DNA of 63,988 nucleotides, filler included, from Octopus bimaculoides (Eukaryota), in NCBI RefSeq assembly GCF_001194135.2. It is 9 parts of 8 records of this genome, joined end to end, with 100 filler letters (N's around TTAATTAATTAA, not from the genome) between each part and the next. Parts side by side here need not be neighbours in the genome. Positions count along the whole stretch, not along the records: positions 52,114 to 60,539 come from NC_068986.1; positions 60,640 to 61,693 come from NC_068981.1; positions 61,794 to 62,883 come from NC_068990.1; positions 62,984 to 63,988 come from NW_026359496.1; 5 more parts are not named here. One strand, written 5' to 3'. Both the position numbers and the translations under genes were made by a program. Below, in pieces: positions 53,126 to 63,988 of this stretch. Position 1 is the stretch's first letter. Each line of letters begins with the position of its first letter. The notes under the pieces were generated by a model, which did not search any database, was not told the origin of the DNA, and worked only from the letters and a program-made list of their open reading frames with translations.

Positions 53126-56100
53126 TATCATTTAAGATCTTTGTCACAAGGGCAGCTTTGGGGAGATGGGATGAGTCCTTTACATCAACCCCCAGTGTTC
53201 AAGTGGTACTTATTTTATCGACTTCGAAAGGGTGAAAGGCAAAGTCAATCTCGGTGGAATTTGAACTCAGAACGTACCGACAAGTGAAATACTGCTAAGC
53301 ATTTCGTCTAGCGTGCTACTGATTCTGCGGCTTGCCGCCTTAATAATGATAATAAACCTTTCTAAATTAGGCACGAGCCTGAAATTTTTTGGGAAAGAGC
53401 AAGTCGATCATATAGACACCAGTACTCAACTGGTGCTTAATTTGTCGACCCCGAAAGGATGAAAGGCAATGTCAATCTCGGCGAAATTTGAATTCAGAAC
53501 GTAACGGCAGACGAAATAGTGCTAAGCATTTGCCCCGGCGTGCTAATGATTCTGCCAGCTCGCTGCCTATTTAATAATAATGATGATAATACACACACAC
53601 ACATGCACACACACACAAATACACACACACATATAAGTTAGCTATCTGTGTGTGTGTGTGTGTGTATGTGTGTGTGTGCGTGAGATTTATTTTATTTAAC
53701 ATAGATTAGACTTTCTGTCTGATTGAACCATGGAAAGTTTATAAGTTCCTTGGTGTCTTTGCAATCAAATATTAAATATTCTCGTTGGTATATTACTAGA
53801 GGCCATATGACGGACTATGATGATCATCTTTTATAAAGAAATCTGGGAAAACTAGATGAGTGATGTGTAACGAAGTCTATAGCAAATGTAGACAGTATAA
53901 ATACAAAACGAGAGGAGACACAAATAGAAAAGCGTTCTTATCATGTCAATTTAACCCTGTCCCCAAAAGACTGATTATATCTAAAACTGTATTGTGCGGT
54001 TCATTTTTAGGATGGTATTGTACAACTTTACAGATAATTACTATTTCTATATCTTTTTGAGGATTTATTCTATCATTATGCAATACGGCTCGCTAATAAT
54101 CAAAATTTGTTTTATTTTTCAGATTGAAAATGGACTCGATAACTATGTTGTAAAATTACACCATTTTTTTTTATTTTGTAATTTTTTTAATGGAAATTAA
54201 AATTAAATTAAATATAATAATTAAATGCAAAATTATAAATATATTTTCTCTTATCAAAACGAATATTAACTGAACCATTTAGCCCATGCAAGCGTGGGGT
54301 GGCATGTAAAATATTACTAAAATGAATAAATGGATAATATTATAAAAATTAATAAATTTACTTCACATGTGGCACTGATAAATTTATCAATCTAAAGGTT
54401 AATCTCTCTTCAAGTATTACTGGATATACAAGCTAAATCTAAAGAAACAGTAAATAAGTATTTGCTTATATCTATAATTTTATCAAGCAATAATAAAGGT
54501 TTTCACAATTTCAATACTTTCTCCCAAAGTAAACGATAAACTTAATAATAATTAAAACACATCTATTTAATTCCTGCTATGAATTTATAAATATACCAGA
54601 TTGACATATGGCATTTATGTGGTGAATCCATTTTAAACTTATTTTAATCATAAGCACACACCAGATTCTCAAATTTGAAATAGATAAAGAAAATCATATC
54701 AGATTGTTAATACAAATATTTCCTGATAAAATAAGCGGATCTTCGTAAAGAAAATGTGTTAATTCCTCATTTTTAGCTTGAAAAAAGAGGAGTATTCACT
54801 TAACATTTAGAGTTATAGATAACATTTCAAAGATACTTGTAAAATGTGTTTTTCATGCAGTCCTTTATTATACTTCTTTGTACGTAGATGAGTCAGAAAG
54901 TAATGTAATTTTTATTTGCATTACTTTTTGACTCACCCTCGTAATAATTTTTATCATTTCTTGAGAATAGTCTCTGTAACAAAAATAAATATGTAAGTAA
55001 ATAAATGGAATATAACACTCTTTAATGCTCTTGTATGATAACGTTTAGTTCACAGTGTCCTGTTAAATAAATGATTGAACAGTCCAGAAGATGAACCATA
55101 TATTTAGTACTACGGCAATATTATTACATTCTAATATCTGTATTAGCATTTATTATATGAAGCAGGGGAAATGAATCAATGTTAAAACAAAGATATATTC
55201 TTACATTAAAAATCGTGATTTTATAAGACACAGCTGTTAACATTGTATTTCTAATTTTAAAATTATATTTTCTTTATGCGTTAAATAACTTTTAGCAAAA
55301 ATCTTACTAAATATATTTTTTTAAATTTTGAACATGTACCCATATAAAATTTGTAAGTTTCAATACAGGTTGACCTGATTAAATATATTTTATATTTCAT
55401 TGTCTCTCTGTGTTTTACTTTTAAAATGCTTTTATTTTCATTTAGCTATTCTCCAAAGTGCTCAACCTCATACTAAGTTTCGTCCACAAATTCGATGTAA
55501 AATGGATATTACTACAAGCAGGTGAATAAATTCGCCCTTGTAAATACGTACGCTTATTTATATACAACGGGAAGTTTGAAATAGAAAAGAAAAAAGAAAC
55601 TATTCTCACAATTTTCATTACATTAATAGTACTAGAATAATCTATTAAATATTGTATGAAATCTACTCCAGATAAATCAGCATTACCAAGTCTCGTGTCA
55701 TACTATCGAGAGAACATCAATTAAAGAATGTATTTCTTAAAGTTATATGCATGAAAGAGATGTTGTATGACTAAAAATATCTATCACAGCTAAAAGCAAA
55801 AAATTATACCCCTTTTCAGAATTTATGACCCATTCTCTAACTCGCAGAAGATTTCTTGAAATTCATTGCAAACTTCTAAATATTAACCGGCAAAATCTTT
55901 AGCACACCGAGAAAAATGCTTCATGGCATTTCGTCCGTCTTTACTTTCTGAGTTTAATTTCTGCTGAGGATGACTTTCCCTTTCATCCCTCTCGGGGTCG
56001 ATAAGATAAGTACCAGTTGAACACTGGAGTCGATGTAATCGACTTTCTCCCTCATCGAGCCTGCTGGCTTTGTGCTAAAATTTCAAATCAATATTAACTG

Positions 56101-56686
56101 TGTGAAACCATAAACCAGCTCAACTGATGTTACATAAAGAATATAATTCAATTTCCAGGTTCTCATGTTTATTTATTTATTTTACCGTGGTCCTCTCGAA
56201 ATCAAATGCAAAGCTGCTGGCTCATTCTATACGGAAAGTTACAAAGATGCGTTTCAGAGTCTAAACTTTTAAAAAAAGAAACAAAGCGATAAAAAGCTTT
56301 CTACTTTGCTTCATTAATTATTCTTATATAAAGGCCGAAATTAGTGGTCATTCATGGTCTTGTTTTGTTTTCAGTGTTGGGGCAGACGTACAACGGACAG
56401 TCATTTATTTAATATTCAATACGAGTATATTAGTTACTTAATTTTTCGTGTTTAATACTGGTTAGAGAAATAATTCCTAATTGACATATGAGGTTTAAAA
56501 CTGAATCAAAGTAGATAATCTTGTTTTAAGCTTCTAGATGGTTTTCAGTTTTCCATGACTGATAAAAATTTCTTCAACTACAACTTAAATCGTTATGCTC
56601 TTCAATGCCATTTACTGTCTACCAATACATGAAACAATTGCTGAAGAAAAAGAGACAAAAATCCTTAAATTTAGTCCGAACGTTCC

Positions 56687-56717
<31 letters not shown>

Positions 56718-56834
56718 CATAAAAAATACATACATACATGCATACATACAAAAATACATACATACATACATATATACATATGTACGTACGTACATACATA
56801 CATACATACATACATACATACACACATACATTAG

Positions 56835-58420
56835 ATCGTCCGACATTCTTGGCGATAACCAAGTACATCGCATGGAAGAAGACGAGTCATGGTATGTCTA
56901 GTTGTGGCCGATCAGTTCGATGCATGCTCAGAACGACCTGCTGAAGATTGGGCACTGATGGTTTACTGAAAGTAAGAAGTTGTCTCTGGGCATACGCAGT
57001 TCTTTGTGCTCCGACAATCTTGTTCAGTTCCTAGGAAATGGTATCTCTATTGGTGCATCTTCGCCAGGTTGGGCGATTTTGTGTTTGCGTTTCCCTGATG
57101 CCAGGTTTGATCGAAAGCCCCTTCAGTGAGGCTTTCAGTGTATCCTATAGCTTTTTCTGTCCACCTTGCGTGTGCTTGCCTTCCACCAGTTCGCTATAAA
57201 ACAGTCTCTTCGGGACTCGTGTGTGAAGCATTAGGACAAGGTGGCCTTCCTTCCTGACATGCGCTCTTCTCAGCAGTGTGTAAATGCTTGGCAGATTAGT
57301 TCGGAAGAGGAGCTCTGTATCTGGGACATTGTCTTGCCAAGTGATTTTCCTCAGTTTTCTTAGACAGTTCATGAGGAAGCCGTTCAACTCTTTGGCACGG
57401 CGTTCGTAAACCGTCCAAGTCTTGCAAGCGTACAGTAGCCTAGGCAGTACAACTGCTTAGTATACTTCAACTTGGCTGCCAGCCTAATTAATACATCTCT
57501 TTTTCCAGTTCTGAATCTGATTTCGACGCTGTTTTCGTCGATGTTGCAGAAAATATCCGACAGCATAGTTAGAAACATCATGCTGAACAGCGTAGGTACG
57601 TGTACTCAGCAATTCTAGATTTCGTTAGTAACTAGAAGAGTATTGAAAGAATCTTCATTGTCCCCGACTCGAGTGAGCATGCTGCCGAGAAACTGATACA
57701 CCATGCTGATGAATTTTTCCGGACAGTCGTATTTTCTCAATATCATCCAAAACCCCACACGACTGACGGTGTCAAAGGACTTGGTTAAATCAACAAACGT
57801 CGTGTATAGATCCCTGTTCTATTCATGACACTTCACATGCATTTGGCGTGGCACAAAGTTCGTGTTAACCGTCCTACAGCCCTCTCTCAAGTCACACTGA
57901 TTCTCTAGTAGATGCCCGTCTTCCAAGTGATGAGTGAGATAGTTAAGGTGGACTTTTGCTAATATCTTGCCAGCGATGCTAAGGAGAAAAATTCCTCAGC
58001 CGTCGTCACAGGGCATCTTTGAGCTCCTGGGGAACAATTTCCAGTTGCCACATAGTCTGAAAGAGATTGGTGATCTTCTCTGCCATCAGTAGTCTCCACG
58101 CCTTGTACATTTCAGCGGGAATGAAGTTAGAGTCTGATGCCTTGTTACTTTAAGGAATCTTAATTATATTATGGATCTCTTCTTTCTGTTGGAGGCTGTG
58201 TCAGAGGAAAATTGATGTCAATTGGGGCATGCGAGCAATGGCCTCAGCGCTCATAGAGAAAGTCCTACTCAGGATGTTCTTGAAGTACTATGCCCAATTT
58301 CTCAGAATTTCATCTATGTCAGTGAGGAATGTGTTCCTGTCATTATTGAGTAGTGGTGATGTTCCGGAGGACTGTGAGCTGCAGATGGGTCTGAGATAGT
58401 GTGATATGTTATGTTGACTT
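56835..58420 (-). mobile_element. RTE-BovB-like LINE, 5'-truncated, with internal deletion of the RT catalytic (YADD) region
   Basis: SIAGKILAK, LYTTFVDLTKSFDTVSR, then a jump from IRFRT to W.KR...VY.AVVLPRLLYACKTWTVY, CLRKL.KITWQDNVPDTE, RVPKRLFYSEL..GK..QGGQKK. (CATA)n tail at 56690-56830. Confidence 0.88.
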
Positions 58421-58684
58421 GCGTGTGACATGCATTAGAGTGAAGGAGGATTGTGCAACAAGATTTGCCTCATTCTCCCTTGTCTCTTCCTATCTAGTTC
58501 CAATGACAGGACGAAGTGATGAGGACTAGAGATTGGTAAGGATGAGGAGCTAAAGGTGAGGGTCAAAGATGACGAACTACTCCGAAGAGCACCACATGTT
58601 CCCTCATCCGATGCACAACCCCACATTAACCCACTCAGATACCCCATGCACCCGAACACTTAGTATATATATATATATATATAC

Positions 58685-58761
<77 letters not shown>

Positions 58762-58944
58762 CACGAGTGAGTAGACAAACGAAAGAAGAGCACTCAACAC
58801 GTTCATTGGGTATTACATGTATAGATTAGTTTGATTTCGAATCCTTGGTACTCTGAGTTTCAAGCACGTGGCTAGACTCCAATGGCCAAAGACTAACCAG
58901 GTGCTTCAAATTCAAGCAAGGATTCTGAATCAAACTGTTTTGAT

Positions 58945-59012
<68 letters not shown>

Positions 59013-60639
59013 ATATATATATATATATATNNNNNNNNNNNNNNNNNNNNNNNNNNNNNNNNNNNNNNNNNNNNNNNNNNNNNNNNNNNNNNNNNNNNNN
59101 NNNNNNNNNNNNNNNNNNNNNNNNNNNNNNNNNNNNNNNNNNNNNNNNNNNNNNNNNNNNNNNNNNNNNNNNNNNNNNNNNNNNNNNNNNNNNNNNNNNN
59201 NNNNNNNNNNNNNNNNNNNNNNNNNNNNNNNNNNNNNNNNNNNNNNNNNNNNNNNNNNNNNNNNNNNNNNNNNNNNNNNNNNNNNNNNNNNNNNNNNNNN
59301 NNNNNNNNNNNNNNNNNNNNNNNNNNNNNNNNNNNNNNNNNNNNNNNNNNNNNNNNNNNNNNNNNNNNNNNNNNNNNNNNNNNNNNNNNNNNNNNNNNNN
59401 NNNNNNNNNNNNNNNNNNNNNNNNNNNNNNNNNNNNNNNNNNNNNNNNNNNNNNNNNNNNNNNNNNNNNNNNNNNNNNNNNNNNNNNNNNNNNNNNNNNN
59501 NNNNNNNNNNNNNNNNNNNNNNNNNNNNNNNNNNNNNNNNNNNNNNNNNNNNNNNNNNNNNNNNNNNNNNNNNNNNNNNNNNNNNNNNNNNNNNNNNNNN
59601 NNNNNNNNNACTCATCTGCGAATATTTCTTTTGTTTTGCTGTGTTTGATGACAAATTGGGATAGGAAGTGTTTCAGCATATAGCCGAAATTTTGCCAGAG
59701 GTTGGTTAGAGGGGTTGCAAGTTTGTGTCTGCGTTTTTTCAGGATCTACGGCAGAGAGTACTTTATTTCATTTATTGATGCAATGATATTTGAGACAGTA
59801 AAAGTTATATCCGATATAATATTGATACGGACCGCCGAAAAACAAAATAACGTTATGTCCCTATTCCCCGAGCTGTGTTTGAAACCGTTTGCTAGTTGTT
59901 CGGAACATTGGTATTTCTGTTGTCCTGTCAACAAGCACGGCTATTTATAGCGTAGGAGTGTGATCGCTGACCCTATCCGGTCATCGAAAGTTTAGAAAAA
60001 CAAGTTGGGAACTGTACTAAACTGAACCAGCTTTGGAGGGGGTAATGAAGCACTGTGAGCTACGGTATCTCTCATAAATACGGGAGCATAAATTTGGGAA
60101 TCGCAGTTGGTGTAAACAAAGTCAGTGGATGAAGGACGCGAGTTCGGTGTGAAGGCCAACAGCCGGTAGAGAAGCGAGATGGACATAGCAGTCGATGTAC
60201 AAGAATTCAGCCAGTGAAGAACGAGTGTGTGACAGCACGCAGTGAGTGAAGAGAAGCAAGATGAACAGAGAGGATAAGAGAGAGAGGCTAAGAGAGAGAG
60301 GCTAAGAGAGAGAGAGGCTATGGACAGCAGGTACCAGTCAGCAGATACGAACCAAGCCAGGCAGAGAGGGGGACAAAGAGATGGAACTGTTGTGGCAGGC
60401 AGAAAATTGTAGTTGACTGCGTTGGTCAGTTCTTGTCATTGTAGTTGGAGATTTGAATTTGTTACGGTAAATGTTTACATTTCTTTAACGAAAAATGTAC
60501 ATTATTGTTACATGTTTTAAAAGGAAAAGAACTTAGTTANNNNNNNNNNNNNNNNNNNNNNNNNNNNNNNNNNNNNNNNNNNNTTAATTAATTAANNNNN
60601 NNNNNNNNNNNNNNNNNNNNNNNNNNNNNNNNNNNNNNN

Positions 60640-61288
60640 TATCTCAACAGACATGATAGAACTGCACAATATATTCACTGGGTAATTTGCAAAAACCTGG
60701 ACTTGCCACTGATAAAAACTGGAGGGAACACAAACCACCTCCAGTGCTTGAAAATGATCACATCATACTCCTTTGGAACTTCACCATACAAACTGACAGA
60801 AAGATAGTTGCAAATAGGCCAGATATCATATTGAAAGACTTCAGACAAAAATCATGCCTCCTCATTGATGACTGTCCCAATCGATATAAACGTATCTGTC
60901 AAGACCTACCAAAACTGAGCAAGTATAAAGAACTTGAAATAGAAATTAGCAAAATGTGGAACCTGAAAACTATAACAATAACTGTTGTCATAGGTGCATT
61001 AGGAATGATAGCAAAAGTGGCTGATTGCTAACTAGCTCAGATACCAGGAAACCCCAAAATGGGAGAAAATCAAAAGATAGTGCTCATGGGAACTGCCCAT
61101 ATCGTACGTGAAATATTGTCTATGTAATTTAAAATTTTAAACAAACAACTTTCTTATGGTTTCTTAAGCATTCTCTAGAACAACCCTATGTACAAAACCA
61201 AATATATGGCACCCTGGGCATAACACGAAAAATGAACTGGGTGAGACTTGGAGCCAACTTGCACAAATGTAGAGCAAAAGTTAAACAT

Positions 61289-61290
<2 letters not shown>
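60640..61290 (+). mobile_element. R4/Dong-type retrotransposon 3' part (RLE domain), same subfamily as 36586-36932
   Basis: YLNRHDRTAQYIHW, WREHKPPPVLENDHIILLWNFTIQTDRKIVANRPDIILKD, KYKELEIEISKMWNLK, VVIGALG, LMGTAHIVR. Followed by a long (AAT)n. Confidence 0.88.
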
Positions 61291-61346
<56 letters not shown>

Positions 61347-61389
61347 TAATAATAATAATAATAATTATAATAATAATAATGAAAATAAT

Positions 61390-61442
<53 letters not shown>

Positions 61443-61578
61443 GGATGATGATGATGATGATGATAATATCTTAAGGAAACTATTATTAGTCTGAGGTTCT
61501 TGTGACTTGACAGATGACTAAAGTCTCCGGTGCATTTTTACCTACGCTATGCCATGAAGAAATAATAATAATAATAAT

Positions 61579-61626
<48 letters not shown>

Positions 61627-61630
61627 TTAG
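61291..61630 (+). repeat. (AAT)n microsatellites around R4-type fragments
   Basis: Long AAT runs at 61291-61445 and 61563-61625. Confidence 0.95.
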
Positions 61631-61958
61631 AGAAATTAAGGCAAATAGACCAGATATAGTTGTCAGAGATCATTATATCTGGTCTATTTGCCTNNNNNNN
61701 NNNNNNNNNNNNNNNNNNNNNNNNNNNNNNNNNNNNNTTAATTAATTAANNNNNNNNNNNNNNNNNNNNNNNNNNNNNNNNNNNNNNNNNNNNCTACACT
61801 CTCTGAGTGGTTGGCGTTAGGAAGGGCATCCAGCTGTAGAAACTCTGCCAAATCAGACTGGAGCCTGGTGTTGCCATCCGGTTTCACCAGTCCTCAGTCA
61901 AATCGTCCAACCCATGCTAGCATGGAAAGCGGACGTTAAACGATGATGATGATGATGA

Positions 61959-62014
<56 letters not shown>

Positions 62015-62180
62015 ATAAATATATACATATATGTATGTATGTATGTGTTGTAAGTATGTATATGTATATATGGATGTATATATTTAGAAATACTACTGCT
62101 CTATGAAGTCTCCCTCCCCCAACACTCATGTAAAATTAGAAATAAATGTAGGCGGAAACTAATAAACAATCAGGTACATT

Positions 62181-62217
<37 letters not shown>

Positions 62218-63653
62218 ATAGATGCTGATGTGGCTGTCTGCTTAAGAAGCTTGCTTCTCAACCACTTGGATTCAGGTTCAAACCTACTGTGTGACACCTT
62301 GAGCAATTGTGTTCTACTATAGCCCAGGGCCAAATGAAGTCTTGTTAGTGGATCTGGTCTATGGAAACAGAAAGAAGTTCAATATATATATATATTCTTT
62401 TATTCTCTTATTTGTGTCAGTCATTTGATTGTGGCCATGCTGGAGCATTGCCTTAAAGGGTTTTTAGTCAAAGAAATTGAACCCAAGACTTATTCTTTGT
62501 AAGCCTAGTACTTACTCTATCGGGTCTCTTTTGCTGAACCACTAAGTAACAGGGACGTAAACACACCAACATCGGTTGTCAAGCAGCGGGGGGGGGGTGA
62601 CAAATNNNNNNNNNNGACATATACACATAGATACATATATATGATGGGCTTCTTTCAGTTTCCGTCTACCAAATCCACTCACAAGTCTTTGGTCAGCTCG
62701 TGGCTTAAGTAGAAAACACTTGCCCAAGGTGCCACACAGAGGGACTGAACCCGGAAACATGTGGTTGAGAAGCAAGCTTCTTACGACACAGTCATGCCAT
62801 TCTGAAACAAGAATATTATTGACAGTGACTTTGAAGTTTCACTGTCAGACTGGCTTAAGTGTGTGTGTGTGTGTGTGTGTGTGNNNNNNNNNNNNNNNNN
62901 NNNNNNNNNNNNNNNNNNNNNNNNNNNTTAATTAATTAANNNNNNNNNNNNNNNNNNNNNNNNNNNNNNNNNNNNNNNNNNNNAAGACACCATTTCGAGC
63001 GTGGCCGTTTTCGTGCTGGTGACACGTAAAAGCACCCACTACACTCTCGGAGTGGTTGGCGTTAGGAAGGGCATTCAGCTGTAGAAACTCTGCCAAATTA
63101 GATTGGAGCCTGGTGTTGCCATCCGGTTTCACCAGTCCTCAGTCAAATCGTCCAACCCATGCTAGCATGGAAAGCGGACGTTAAACGATGATGATGATGA
63201 TTTATATATATATATATAATATATACATATGTATATATATATATATATATATATACATAATTGTGCATATATCTATACATGTACATATATGTGTGTGTGT
63301 GTATGTTTATATATATTTATATATTACGGTGATGTACTTGCATAGCAAGTGACCTGACCTGAGATCGTGTGCTGGAACGTTAGTTACTATGGTGACAACC
63401 CTACCTGTCTATCTTTCTTTCACACACACACACACACATAAATTCTCTCTCTCTCTCTCTCTCACTACAACTTTTCCCTTCCCTTCTCTCCTTGTTAACA
63501 TACATTGTGACAGGGGTTATCACCACTCCCCCCCATTCTTCCTTCTCCCTACATAGATGTTGTGACGGACTGACAGACTGTGAATAACGTCTCTTTTAAT
63601 TAATAAGATTTTATTTAAATATCAATTGATTTCTTTGTTTCTTCCTTTTCCAG

Positions 63654-63836
63654 AATGCAACTGCAATCCAGCAGGAGCCATCCGCGTTCCGGGTCAACCC
63701 TTGGGTGGTTGTGGCCCTGGGGCAGCGATGTCAGACAAACTGTGTGAATGCAAGGAGAGGGTCATTGGAAATATATGCGACACATGTAAAACCGGATATT
63801 GGGATTTGGATTCAAATAATCCTCTTGGATGTCGTC
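63654..63836 (+). CDS. Laminin EGF-like (LE) domain exon, laminin alpha (LanA/alpha3-5-like) chain
   Basis: Acceptor tttcttccttttccag and donor C|gtaagt; 183 bp, symmetric phase 1-1. ECNCNPAGAIRVPGQPLGGCGPGAAMSDKLCECKERVIGNICDTCKTGYWDLDSNNPLGCR has the 8-Cys LE spacing, and CxCKERVxGxIC..C...YW.L...N..GC resembles invertebrate LanA. Confidence 0.9.
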
Positions 63837-63988
63837 GTAAGTTTATCCTTCTGTTTGTGTGATTGAGGGATTATTTATCACTCTTCCGATTAACATTTAC
63901 GACCTCACTCTCTTCTCTCTCTCTCTCCCTTTCACTCCCATAGATATATATATATATATTTATATATATATATATATATATATATGTG

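Overview
AT-rich, microsatellite- and repeat-dense animal genomic DNA. The repeat repertoire and composition look like an Octopus/cephalopod draft assembly (inference). The window consists of nine short scaffolds joined by eight artificial 100-bp spacers (44 N + TTAATTAATTAA + 44 N), so gene neighbourhoods across spacers are unreliable. Host coding content is only isolated exons: a GABA-A/GRD-like Cys-loop receptor subunit (- strand; M2-M3 exon at 5477-5676 and a probable M3-M4 loop exon at 950-1039), two consecutive CCDC39 exons (+), one laminin-alpha LE-domain exon (+), and one or two unassigned - strand exon candidates. Most other ORF-track entries are microsatellite or gap artefacts. Mobile DNA includes a maT/mariner transposase, mariner- and Merlin-type MITEs, hAT and Tc1 remnants, a rearranged Helitron, a Penelope element, RTE LINEs, several R4/Dong-type RLE retrotransposons beside (AAT)n tracts, and four SINE-like families. 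The most interesting signal is RNA structure. There is an apparently intact type I hammerhead ribozyme with a 100-nt extended stem II at 45457-45585 (-), plus five minimal or variant hammerhead motifs in Penelope-type repeats, one of them fused to a tRNA-like Pol III head.
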